The notes under the pieces are model-generated. The model did no database searches, had not been told where the DNA came from, and saw only the letters and a program-made list of their open reading frames with translations. Positions 14,960 through 28,400 of a stretch of DNA of 64,000 nt are shown piece after piece. This DNA comes from Trichoplax adhaerens (Eukaryota; Animalia; Placozoa). The stretch spans positions 378,854-442,853 of the forward strand of contig NW_002060976.1 in the NCBI RefSeq assembly GCF_000150275.1, given 5' to 3'. The translations under genes were made by a program, and so were the position numbers. How positions within the stretch are numbered: position 1 is the first letter of the stretch; every line of letters starts with the position of its first letter.

Positions 14960-15904
14960 TTACTTATGTACCTTTCGTTTCCTAAGGCTAACACAGTAGA
15001 TATGGGACAAAATTTGTTTTCCTTCTGGTACAAAGCAAGCATAGATCCAAGAATTTATCACACTCTTGCTAATTGAAATTAATTGCAAAATAAGTTGAAT
15101 CAATTTTTCGCTATTACTAATAAAGTTGTTAGAATGATGAGAATAATATATCCAATAGTAAATAAATTCCGGTGTTGACAGTAACAAAAATATCACTACT
15201 AAAATTAAAAATAATCGAATCATTTCTTTTTGCTGGCGGACATGAAGTTGATTGGCTGTATCATTAATGTCTCTTGATTGTTGAGATAACTTGTACAAGA
15301 CTCGAGAGTACAACCCTATTATTATTGCCGTAGGAAATGCATATACCGCAGCGTAAATGGTCGAGTAGTAAATTAGCCAAGACTTTGGTATTGTTAAATC
15401 ATTACTAGAACTAGGGGGAGAAATATAGCATAAAGATTTGCCATAAGAAGACGACAAGTATTTTGTAAATATAATTGAAGGAGAAGAAAGACCAATAGCG
15501 ATCAAAAAGATAGTTGTTGACAAGAATAGTTTTCGACTGGTAGATGGATTAGGGTTTGGTTCTCTTAAAATAACGCAATAGTTACTAATCGCTATAAAAA
15601 CCATGGTGACACCAAAACCTGCATTAAATAGTATTGGAAAGCTATTGCAAATATAGCACCAAAAAGATCCGAAAGGCCAAAAAATGAACATTTTAATTAA
15701 TTGAATAGGCCAATAAAGTGTTAATACGAAGATATCATATAATATTAAATTCGCAATGAAAGAGTACACCAGAGCCTTCGTGTTTTTACTCCTGTTTTTG
15801 ATAATTGTCACTAAAATAACGATATTATTGATCAATCCCAAAACGAGAATGATTGCTGACGGTATAAACGCTACTAGTTGCATGGTTGCCGCTGAGACTC
15901 CCAT
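14960..15904 (-). CDS. Class A GPCR, single exon, paralog 3 (314 aa, divergent motifs)
   Basis: WPFGSFWC; FIAISNY at the DRY position; LSTP instead of WTP; NSWIY instead of NPxxY; shared TMQLVAFIPS N-terminus. Confidence 0.88.
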   Translation of the reverse strand: MGVSAATMQLVAFIPSAIILVLGLINNIVILVTIIKNRSKNTKALVYSFIANLILYDIFVLTLYWPIQLIKMFIFWPFGSFWCYICNSFPILFNAGFGVTMVFIAISNYCVILREPNPNPSTSRKLFLSTTIFLIAIGLSSPSIIFTKYLSSSYGKSLCYISPPSSSNDLTIPKSWLIYYSTIYAAVYAFPTAIIIGLYSRVLYKLSQQSRDINDTANQLHVRQQKEMIRLFLILVVIFLLLSTPEFIYYWIYYSHHSNNFISNSEKLIQLILQLISISKSVINSWIYACFVPEGKQILSHIYCVSLRKRKVHK

Positions 15905-16659
15905 GATGTACAGTAGACGTCTTCAATAGCTTCTAGAGATATGCAATTGCCAAAATCAAGTAATTTCAGGGATTGATAAATTGATAAAACGTTGATTCAC
16001 ATTAAACACCGTAACAACCGATTGGTATGGTCATTGATGACCACCAGAACGAAGTCAATGATGGCTTAGCGTTAACAGCAAAGATTTCAAAAAGTGTTGT
16101 ACGGATAACACTACTGGATGTTGATGTTATCGTTAGAATAATTTCGTTTATGGCGGTCTAGGATATCGTATAAACTGTCTAAATTCGGTCAATACATATT
16201 TAAAATGATGCTTATTATAAAGTGATGCGCCAATAGCACTTCGAGAGTTCCATTTACAGAATACAATCATCGATTATCTTATACTGCCAACTACGATAGT
16301 AGACTAGATAATAATTTAAAGACGACAAACGGGCATTGAATGTCATGGAAACCGCCAAGGAATGAATAGATTAGCATACTTTCGATGAAAATAACCGACG
16401 TGCTGATTAATAGACAATTGTCGATGTTGGCATTAAATTTGCAAGTTATTTATGTCGTGGCGGTTGCAAAACAATAGATGCCAATTAACTATAGATTATT
16501 ATTGACTGTTGTAATTCATAAATTTTCATGAGCTGCAAAGAAAGTGATGAATAGTTACGTTGTGTTGGAGTATATCAACAGCGATTGCAATGAATCGAAA
16601 ATCATTGGTAATTTATTTTGATCGTTCATATTATTCGATGACAATCACTATCTAGTAAG

Positions 16660-17190
16660 TTAAGCTAAGGTATGCTGTAGCATTCTCTCTACACCAACAC
16701 CAAATAACTTTATACAATTACCTATTTAGAAAGATAATTAATTAGTCAGTTTGAACAGGAAAAATGTTGCGCAGTAGAGTGTTAACGACTTACACTAATT
16801 CTTTGTGTAGTATAGACGTATTCACGCTTAAGAATTTTCACCCTGTTTGAATATTTTTCACAGCATCTATTTATTCTGCACCCTTAAGCTAAGGTATGCC
16901 GTATCATTCTATCTACATCAACATCAAATAACTTTATACAATTACCTATTTAGAAAGATAACTAGTTAGTCTGCACTGGCAAAAAATGTTGCACAGTAGA
17001 GTGTTAACCACTTACACTAATTCTTTATGTATTATACTTATAGACGTATTCACGCTCGAGAATTTTCACCCTGTTTGATTATTTTTCACAGCATCTATTT
17101 ATTCTACACCCTTAAACTAAAGATATGCCGTATCATTCTCTCTACACCAGCATCAAATAACTCTACATAATTACCTATTTATAATTAGTC
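16660..17190. repeat. Tandem repeat, ~225-bp unit, ~2.3 copies
   Basis: ttaagctaaggtatgc.gta.cattct.tctaca... starts at ~16660, ~16884 and ~17112. Confidence 0.85.
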
Positions 17191-17849
17191 AGTCTGCACA
17201 GTCGAATCTGTTTCGATCTACTTTACCTTTTAAAATTATAATTGAATAGGATAAAATCTGCAAACGATAAATATCTGTCAATAAGTGTCACGGGGTCACT
17301 TTACTAATGAATACTTATCTAACTTTTGTTCGATGATATACGTCGGTATTTTTTGAATATACTGTTATTTAGGATCATTATCTATAAGCTTACGCATTCT
17401 TTTATAAATGAATGCTCAATTTTAGAATACAATCTATCAGCTGATCATTAATTTTTTATATACATTTACTTTGAATTGATTGATTTTTGAATATAGTTTG
17501 GGATCAGCTTTGTGTAAAAGAGTCTCGTGATGTTACCGTTTGTCCTGATGACATGATAGGAGATATAGTTGTACTGAGATAAGTATCGGAAAGGATAAAC
17601 CTGACATTAGGTTCGTAGCGTTGCATTTTCTGTAGTAGTTTTAATTTTTTGTCGTTACAAATTTAAGTAAGTAATAATGAGTATGAAATATATGTAATAA
17701 TCTTCATTTTAGAAATAAAATGGAAAGCACCTACCTACAATCTAGGCTAATTACTTTATAGAATTAATTATGATAGCAGCAAATGAACAAATTATGTTTA
17801 TACCTTAAATGACAACATGTTAGTGATATATCGATGACATCATTTTGTG

Positions 17850-18231
17850 GTTGATGGCAGTAAATATCCATCTAATGCAATAATGACTTGTACAAAATAG
17901 GTTAATATATACTGCCCAAAGCATAGAGATGCACAAGCCGCACGAACATATTTTTACATCCGTTACTATATGATGTTTCGTAGGGTGCTGTTCATTTTTC
18001 CATATAATTTCAACACAGTTCAGTTTTTCAGAGTATACATGTTATTAATGATAGAACCACCACATTTATGATGGTGTCCATTATTATGATAATTCCTCTG
18101 CAAAGAAACGTGATAGGGATGAGCTCCACGGTGATTGTTATGTCCACCAACAATTTTGTTATATGGATGTCTTATTCTTTTCTGAGCAGATATTCTAGCA
18201 GGAACTGTTAACAATCGAGGATAGATGTCAA
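17850..18231 (-). pseudogene. Trypsin-like (S1A) serine protease gene fragment
   Basis: Exon 18231-18039 (acceptor TTACAG, donor GTATAC) encodes ...PYNK-IVGG...HPYHVSLQ...HKCGGSIINN. It splices in frame (phase 2) to 17871 WIFTA, but this continues as INHK...stop rather than AHC. I saw no GDSGGP downstream. Confidence 0.65.
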
Positions 18232-20998
18232 CTGTAATTTTAGCGTCAAAGAGTTAGTGGTAAAATTAGTCATTTTTCACTATTTCTTAATTTCATAGAA
18301 ATCTACATTTTAATAAATGTTATTTGTTGGTATTTAGTAGGCATGAAATAGGAAATCTGCAATTCTTTGCAGCCTTCACAGCAATAGCAGAAGGTGGTAG
18401 TAATTTTATATTATGCTGATCCGAATTAGTAATATTTGTAAAACGATATGTCCAGAGTTATTTTTGGGAATTACTAAATAAAATTCATACCGTAAAGCAT
18501 TACGTTACAATAGATTGTAAAATACACGTATAATGTCCATACTTTTGCTCTTTCTGCAGAAAATTTGTAGGCACAAACTGCCGTTGTTTCCTGTAATTAT
18601 TATTCTCTGATTCTGGAAATTGTTGGTAATCAAACTGCTAGCGCACAGAGACGTGGGCAACATGATTCAAGTAAATATTTTGTGTGATCTTATATCAACA
18701 TTACAATAACCTATAGAAATTTAATCGCTTTTACTAATAAATTTTAAAGTCAAGACTAGCACTAGCTAAAGCGTATCTTAATTCACTAGCTAATAGATGC
18801 TATAATTATTGAAGTCTTATTAGTAACACACTGACCTTTTCCGAACCTATTAACGGATTCAACTGGAAGTGGACCATCCGTCGTTTTGGAAATATTTATA
18901 ATAACATTAATTCTTATATGAAAAAATTTATACGACTCTTCTGCTGTAGATATATCAATAAAAATTCAAATCAAATCCATGATACAAAATCACAGAAATA
19001 GCCATACTAAAATATGCTGCTACATTACAGTCTATTTCAATATTATTCCATCTATGAATATAACCGAAGTGATTAAAGTTATTTTGTATATGATATTTAG
19101 TAATAGAACGGTATTATGTTGTAGTTAATACGAAATATCTACTCGATTACTAAGCTGAGTCTTTAAAATTAGTTTTGGAATGCGGCAACGGGACGGCTAA
19201 TATAATGTTCAAAGTATCATCACATTAATTTAGGTCACACCTTGATCAATCTGCACTTCTATTTTTATTAATTAAACATAATTTTGTAAAATCTTAGTAC
19301 AGGTAGTAGATATGTATTCTTATTTTTGAGACACTAACGGTATTGTAAATTGTCGACTACATGTAAAACAGGAGTTATAGAAGATTTATTTCTAAGACAT
19401 ATTCTCCTGTACAATAATACCAATCTGGTAAATAGTCTGTAACATTTATAAGGCCATTTAAGCTTTCGTCAGTGTTTGCACTTTAATTTAATTTTGAGTT
19501 ATTTTTCATCACTCCTATACTACCAATGTTTGCCTGCTACAAGAGTTAAAGCCAGCAAAAACGGTAAAATGATGGACATTTTCATTCTGTAGTATATGAT
19601 ATTAGAATAGTAAGGTAAGCTATAAGCAATTAAAAATTATCTTTACTTCAAATCCGTATTTTTAGTTTTAAATCCTTTAGAATAGATGCAGAAATAGCGT
19701 GATTAACCTATTCGCACGGTTACATTAAAAGACGAGTATTCCTGCTATAAAATAAAAATTAAAGGTCTATGTTTTTCAAATAAGAAATATACTGTGTTTA
19801 AATAAATCAGATACAAAATAATAGGTCACAGTCTATTGAAATAAGATAGGTTTGTAAATTTGCAGAGCTTACCTGAACGATGTATTCTTGAAAGCTACTA
19901 GTCCGAAATTAGAAAATCTTGTGCAATTTATACTATGATGATAACAATCATCAGAGTAATTATCTTATATTAAACACAAATTATAATTATAGTCTCTGAA
20001 ATCGTTAGTGTTTGTCCATTTATCATGCATGTAAACTGAGTCAATATTTGATATTTCACTGTAGTTTGCTGTTTCGAAAATAATTTTAGATTTTAGTGAT
20101 TCTATTCTTGAATACTCAAAGACAGCACGGCGTTTACAAGGAGTTACTGCATTAGAGATAATAATTTATAAAACAAAGCTGCTCCGAAAATTTACGTCTC
20201 ATTGTAGTCAACGGATAGATTTAAAACCTTAAAGGCATTTATTGATAGTGTTCAAACATTTATTGACTTTATCCCGGTAGTATCATGAAGTATTATAATC
20301 TTTGACCTTTTGCACAATATTTATAACATTTCGTACGCATATAATATTTCAATGTGCTAATACATACGCAACAATTTTTTAACTAGCAGAATTTTCCCCA
20401 TATCACTTTAATATTGAATTAATAAAACACTAGATTAAGAACTTTTTCCCTAGCCTGAAGTACACATCATAAGTTCTTGTATATTATATATATACATTAC
20501 TATCAGTAGTCGAGCTTCTTTACAATTAGCAAATAGTATATCCTAGAGATTCTTCATAGAAAAAAGTGCAATCGATACCGATATTAGATGATAAACTGAG
20601 ACACAATTTATTAGGTATTGCAACAATTTGACAAATTTTCCTTGTAATAAATAGTCATATCTCAATTTTCAAGCCTGCTTTCAGCAATTTCTGTCTACGT
20701 ATTGCACTGGATAAGATAACATCTTTATTATAGATTTATACTAATCATATAGATGCTACATCGATACTCGAAAAGAAACGGAAAATTTCACTTTTCTATT
20801 TTAACAATTATAATTATGGGTAGAAGTCCATCGATGTGAAGTATTGTACCATAGAAATTATTTCTACTTTTCTGGCGAGGGTTAATAGCAGAACTTAATC
20901 AAAGTTGCCATATTTTTTAATTGGGAATTTAAGGTAACAATTTTACCAATAAATTAAATTTACAATCTACCACGATAGTGTGACAAATTGTAACCTAT

Positions 20999-22047
20999 TC
21001 AGATTACAGATGATTTGCTCACTGTTGTGGTTAAATTAATCATATCGGTGGATGGACTACGATTACGATAGCACTTTAGCCTTATACTGCAGAAACCAAA
21101 AACAAAGAAAAAGCTTTCCTGAATTCTGGAATAAAATAAGAAGGGACTAATCGCAGATTTACGCACTGCAAATAACTGGCAAATTAGATATATATATAAA
21201 TGTTTTCGATACAGCGCTGCATTCTGACCAAGATACTGAGAATACCATAAAACATAAAAGATATATTCCGGAGTCCAGCAAATTACTTGGATAATCAATA
21301 AATAAAAAATCATGTTCAAGAATTTCTTTTGCCTTTGGACATCAATTTCAATGGTTAAATTACTTGAAGTAGAATGATGCTGAAGATAAAAGTAAATACT
21401 GTAGTACAGGTAGGTACCGATGAAAAGTGGTAAAATGTACAAGATGGCGTAAAGGGTTAAGAAATAAATTTGCCAAGGTTGTAATTTAGAAAGCGCTTGA
21501 TGAGGTAAATACACAAAACATGCTTTAATTGGCTTAGCTGTAAACGTCGAAGATCCCATCAATTGATTATGTACAGTTGTATAAGTGGTAAATATTATGT
21601 CTCGACAAGCAATACAAAGGCTTAACATAAAAATGGTGGTGTAAATAAGGATTTTTCGAAATTTGCTTTGGTTTGCATTGCTCGCTTTTACTTTGACTCT
21701 GTAACGATCCCCGAACATCAAAATCAAGGTTAAAGCAGCGCCGGCATTGCAAAGTATTGGAAAGGTATTGAAAAAGTAGCAGAAAAATGAACCAAAGGAC
21801 CAAGGCGTCGATTTTTTATTAAATCAATTGGCCAAACCAAAATCAATATTAAAATATCGTAGACTGCATAAGCAGCTATCAAGGACCAGATAAAATTCTT
21901 CATTTTCCTGTGACGATACCTAATTATGGTAGATAGAATTACTGCATTGCCCGTCAAGCCTATGATTAAAATAACTGTTGTAGGAATAAATGCAGTTAAT
22001 TGCATTACAAGCGGCGATATATCAGTAAAATTGTAGTTTATCTCCAT
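20999..22047 (-). pseudogene. Class A GPCR paralog 4, frameshifted
   Basis: ORFs 21730-22047 and 20999-21727 join if one A is restored in the A6 run at 21812-21817, giving IKKSTPWSFGSFFCYFFN...FGDRY, which matches paralog 1. A second apparent lesion near 21140 removes NPxxY (the alternative frame SYFIPEFRKAF matches AHFFPECKQSL of paralog 1). Confidence 0.8.
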
Positions 22048-25000
22048 TTGATTTGGTTACTCTTTGATAAAAAGAAGCATTACAGGACTTATACCGAAAA
22101 GTTAATAGGATGTAAATGAGTTTTTTAATTTTGACGAAACTTTAAAAGATATTTCAGAATTTCACCATTTATCCAATAAGTTATTATATAGAGCGGTGAG
22201 ATATATCCGTGTGAATAAGTGAAGCTATTTTATCTTATAATAAAAATTAAGTTCTTTTTTACCAATATATAGCCAGAAATTCTTTATTTATCAAATTAAT
22301 AAGGAAATGAACTATAAATATCGCCATTTAAAATGGAAATTATTTGATAAATTTCACGGAAAAGGCTATTATTCTCCAGGACTAAAGGATCGACTTTAGA
22401 AACCGATAGGAACGATATGCTACGTAACGTATATAAGCAAGCATCACTGAGTTGTGAGCAATTGCTCTTAATTATTACCGGTATTACAGTTTAGGTTTTT
22501 ACTGTATTATCGGCTAAATATTTTAATGTCAAAAATATATTTGAAATAATATCCAGCACAATTATGAACGACAAGCCGGTATATTAAACTATCAGAAGTA
22601 TTCCAATAGATATTAAGCTTTCCTTATGGTTGATATTTGTAATTTAGCTCGATTTTAAGGGAAACACATCTTGTTTAGTGATTTCGCAGATCTAAAATAC
22701 AAAATTCGATAAATTCCTTATGAATATTTACCGTTAATAATACGCCATTTATGCAGCGTACTTAATGGAAAAATTTTTAGAATATAAACTTCAGTAAATT
22801 TCTCTCCAACATTAATAACTTTCATTTACTATAAAGCTTAATCCCATTGTTTCAATCTATTTATAAAAATTGCTAAATAACACACCGTATAGTCTAATCA
22901 AAAGTAAATGATTTTGGGAAGCTAATAGATTCATTGTTGTTGAGTCTGTTACGCCAGTTTTACTACAACTTATACTCGTATAATCCTTCCACTTAGGTAA
23001 AATAGCTCTAGCATGCCTTCGATTCTGTCAGACTATTGATAAAGGATGTTAATTTAGTCACTTCGCTAAGTTATAATCATTTCCATAGATACTTTGTATT
23101 GAATCTTATTAACACTTCCTAGAAATAGCAAGATTAGAAAGTTTATAAGATGAAGTTGCCGTAATTTTATGCCTGTGATAATAATCGTTCTGTATTGCAC
23201 AAAGCTGGCAGAGTTGAGTAAAAAATCAAAGCTAGCTAAATTTTTGATCATCTTATTCACACCCTGAAATTCATTGGCTGATAAAACAAAACAGAACATA
23301 CAAATAAGTTGTCTGTTGTCATTTTGATCAATACTTAGCCAATAAGCCATATATGTTATTTAGCCACACTTATTATTATTAGTTTATTTGTCAACATATT
23401 TTAGATTATTGTTACGATACACTTGAATTATTTACCAATCAAACATCTATAGCACCATAAACTCATAATAAAGTATTCTATAGTTGAGCATCGAGGATAT
23501 AAGGTAGATTAACCTTACACAGCGACTTAAATAGCAAGCAAGAAATTTATTCAACAAGAACGTTGTAATAGATGTCGGTAGACGATATAAGTAATCATTT
23601 AAAGTAAAACTTCGGAAATTTATTTCCATATTGAAATATATACTAGCATTGGGAGAGTTTTTGAACAAATAGACATTAAAATATAGATAAAGCAACACTT
23701 CATGATAAGCAGGTGCAATCTAATCATAGGCTAATAATAATTTATTCATGATGTTGAACTTTCTGTTTATCCAACGGGCTGTATCTCAAAAATATACACT
23801 GAGTTAATCAATAAGAGCCATAATAATAAATACTCGTTATCAGATAATTTTAGTTATTATGGGACTGACCCTTATTATATATTGCAGGAATATAGATATA
23901 TTGATTCCTTAATACGATAACTACCGCGCCACAATAACAAGAACTGTTACAACAGATACGTTTTGATGAGGCAGTTCTATGCTGCAGTCATTATTATATT
24001 CTTTCACATATAAAAGATAATTGAATATTTCTATATTTGCAACCTTACTTTTAAAAGAGCGTAATTAGTAATCCTATGATTTAATTATCTTCTACAAAAA
24101 GCGACAGCCATATTCTTCCAACATCCTAGTAATAGCTTTAATCATTCCATAATTTTATTCGAAAGAATGTGATAAAAACAGATCATCTATTTCTTCTTAC
24201 TTATGCCTTTGACACCTTCATTGAGTAGAACTTAATTGCTTTGAAATATTACTTTTATTTAAAAATAGATCTAGTATTGTGCTGTTTCAAAAGTTAGAAG
24301 TACTAAAACTCAATTGAAAATGTAGCACGTACAATTTTTTCAATATGTTATGACGTTCTAAATTTAAACTTGTAGTGTAATTTCTCTTATAATTGATATC
24401 TAAAAAATATCTCCTATTTATAGAATGAATTTTAATTAACGTTTATTTTCGAAACTATTTCTAGAATCTAAGGACAACGGAAGGACTAGTATATGGTGAA
24501 TACGTCGTAAACAATTTCATTTACTCGTGGACATAAATCTCAGCTAGGAATATCAGAGTATCAAGGAAAAATTTCTACTACTATTTCCTCACATTAATGG
24601 CTACTAGTATTTACATAGAAATTTCTAACACTTGATGAAGCGTATAGTGATAGAAATAAAAATTCGTCATTTAGAAATCATATATGATCAGAATTGAATT
24701 CTGATCAGGCCCGTAGGTATACAGGTACCGCAACACATCATTTCGGAAGAATATTTATTAGACAAAAACTTTACAAAATTAAATCAGGATTACCAGATTA
24801 TTCCAATTGCTTTCATTATTACAGTTAATCTTCATATTAATACTTAATCAGATCATTGAAGTTATTATAGCAGGTATTACGGTAAAAATATAAAGTTAGA
24901 ATCTAGAAAATGAAAGCGAAATATTTAAGAAAGATTGTCACAGAAAAAGGCTTCAATTGTAAATGGCTTTTACAGCATAGTGCGTGGTTAGATAGATGGA

Positions 25001-25440
25001 GAATTTAGAATTATATCAAAACAATAAATATATAATCTCATATAAGAGGATAAAGATCAGTGATATATGATGAGGTAAAGTATAATGTATATTAAGGAAG
25101 TGAACATACTACATCCAATAATTAGAATAGAAAGTAACTCATTCCATCGGCTTTTATCGGTGCTGTTGCTTTTAATTATCTTTTAGCAACGTTATTCACC
25201 GATTCAAGAAGAATTAATAAATAAGCTAAGAATAATTTTAATTAAACTAGGAATTGTTAGAGTTAGAATAAAACTCATAACCTAGCCATAAATCATATAT
25301 AAAAGGCCTTGTAGGTAACTTTTTGCATCACTTGACGAAATATAACGTAAAAATTCAAGAATTATCGTTACTTGTGTTGACCTGAAGAGAGTCCTCTCCA
25401 ATTACTGTAGAAATTTTTCAATACAAGATCGTTCATCAAG

Positions 25441-28400
25441 ATGAAATTAATCTTACTGCTATGTACATATACTTTTTTAGCCCATATTCATTCAGTGGAT
25501 ATGAGTTATCTTAATGCCTCGGAACATGATCGCCTGGTGAGATTAGGCTATCAAGATCTTGGTAGATCTTGGTACGAAAAAAGAAACGCTGAATTTCATA
25601 AGGGTAGAAATGAACGGTTCCGTTTTGGCTTAGATTCAGAATCCTATTCAAACAACGGCTTTCTATTACATACATTAGGTAACAAAAAATCTACGCAGTA
25701 TTTATGCATTGGGTAATAAACTAACTTCTTAATAACTCCACTAATCGACTGATTATCATTTAGCTGTTTATCTGAAATTAAAATTTATTCTATATGACTT
25801 TGTGAAAAATTTTTAACCAAAACGACACCTCAAAATTAATAGACATAACTGTAGAATAGCATGCTTTCTTTTAATGATAGCTTCAATAATAAGGCTTCTT
25901 GATTATACTTGCTTATTTATTGCTACCGAAAATGAAGCTATTAATGCTCCATTGTTAAGTACTAAAAGTGAGGAAGACTTTCTGAGCTATGATTTTCATA
26001 TACGATCATTTCGCGCTACTGTATTTTCCCCTGCTTGCATAGTGTCCATACTTTCTATCATATGATATCCGCGTATCTGCGGCTATAGACTCCGTCAAAA
26101 GAAGTCATGATTGATGTAGAAATTCTGCTAGTTCGGAATCACCGTTTCACCTTTCTCGAATTTGCATTTGAAAATATGTTTTGGTTTCCAAGTAATACTA
26201 TTCGATCAGATATCTTCGTTTCTTAATCATACGCGCACAAAGCAGTTATTTGGGTTTTGTGAAAGTATCAATCTAGCTAGACAAAATATAATTTTATGTG
26301 AACATTAATTGCTCTTTTAAAACGAATTATATTTCAGACTCCAGATATAATGGCAAAGTACGAAAAAGAACTTCTCATATCATAAGCAAGGAAAAACTGT
26401 TAGGAGAAACTCACAACGATGTTGCAAACCGAATACATAATAGGAATGCAGTTGCTTCAACATCATGGCAAAAATGGCCATTACCAATTCCGTACAGTTT
26501 TAATGGCATATGTAAGTGGGCCAAGGCTTTACATCTTTACTTGCATTCTGTTGTATTTTAAGTTCACGTTAGGCCCTATTTATTGTAAGAAAGCATTACT
26601 TTTTCATGTTCATGTCAGATTAGTCAATATATAATCTTTGATTTAGCAAATTAGTATTGCATAGTCAAGTTATTCCATGAATGCACAAATTAAATTTTAC
26701 TCCTGTAATTTACCGCGAAAAAATTCTTACCTTACAGTGATATAAAGTTACTAAATGTAAGTGAAATTGATAAGGTTATAGAAATGTTATGCAGCAGCCT
26801 ATTTTCATATGTATGCCGATACTAAGGCTACGGCTGATATATTACTCAAGTTGTTGATCTGTTGTTAGAATTGAACAGTACGAGCGAAATTTTCAAAGTT
26901 GATCTTGCAAACTACTGTAAACTAACTGATTGATTAGAATTTTTATTCTGAAATTAATCAATGCAATAAGACATAAGTATTCATTTATATCTATCAATAG
27001 TATTCTATGTAACCTGATTGATCAAAATTATACTTATATATAACATATATATAAGTTAATTTTGCCATTAAATACAGTTAAGTACCGTAGTGTTTGGCGC
27101 AGCCGTTGAACTTTACCACTGCAATGCGCTAAAATATAGCAATGATGTTATATATTTTACAGCTGCAAATGCTCAATTGTTAGTAACTCAAGCTATAGCA
27201 GATTTGGAAGCGAATACTTGCTTAAATTTTTCCCAAAGAACTAGCCAAGTCGACTATATTTCTTTTGAGATCGGATTTGGGTGAGTTGCTAATGATGCAA
27301 ATTTACTTACGAGAAAGAAGATGAAAACAGAACGTAAATTTGATTCTATCTGTCGATCTATGACTCATTAATGCTTTAAAATTGCAAAAGTCATTTTGAA
27401 ATATTAATGGCAACTGATAACCACACCAAGGCTTCAAAGTACATTAGTAATTCTAGTTAAGAGAGTTAAGAGTATGGAATAGTCTGGGTAAATCAATGAA
27501 GCAACCCTAAAATTCTCCGTGCATAATTATAGTTCGTTCAGGAAAAATTTAGGTATAAAAGATGTTTTTGGAAATAAGGTCAATTAAGTTACTAGTTAAA
27601 AAATATAGCATTGATTAATTTTTGTACCTTTGCTATTATTGGAGGTAGGTAGAAAGTCAATAAAATTTTCAATGGAATTATTCCGTTATTAAAAATTGAT
27701 AATTCTGTAACCTAAATGTTTTATTACTTTTCCGTCTCGAGATATACTGCTTACAATTCTTTCTAATTCATTGCTTAATTTTGTATTAGAATTAATATTT
27801 ATGAAATCGCATCTTAATTTTTCAGTTTAATATAAGTTAATGCATTATGTTGCTATTTGACTTCTAATGGCCATTTTTTTATTGGCAGTTGTTCTTCGGT
27901 AGTTGGGAGAATAGGTGGTAGGCAAGCTGTATCTCTTGACTCTAATTGTGAGAATATCGCAACTGTTAAGCATGAAATAGGCCATGCGATTGGCTTATAT
28001 CACACCCATTCACGCCTGGACAGGAATAAATATATATCTATTAACGCGGATAATATTGATTCCAGTAAGTGGATAACGAGTTATGAAAATAGTATTCAAT
28101 TTTCGAATATTACTTGTCAGTAGTAGGTAGAGAGTAAATTGATAATTTCCATCATCATCTGTATTATAATGACTAAAAATAAAACGTCTAAGATTATAAA
28201 AGTTTATACTCATGGCCATAAGGTATGATAATTAGGCTAGGATAAGCAAGATATTTGAAAATCTCTGAAAAATCGAGCTACTACTTGCAACAATTTGCTG
28301 ACACACCATACTGCATGCAATGCAAGTTCAACCTTTAATGTACAGTTTAAATCTTTAGGCAATGTGAAGAATTTTCAGCCAGAGCTAACTGCAGTTACCT

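Noticed and set aside
23066-23698. Two hydrophobic minus-strand ORFs
   Set aside because: No recognisable motifs and no consistent splice model; composition is typical of AT-rich intergenic DNA.
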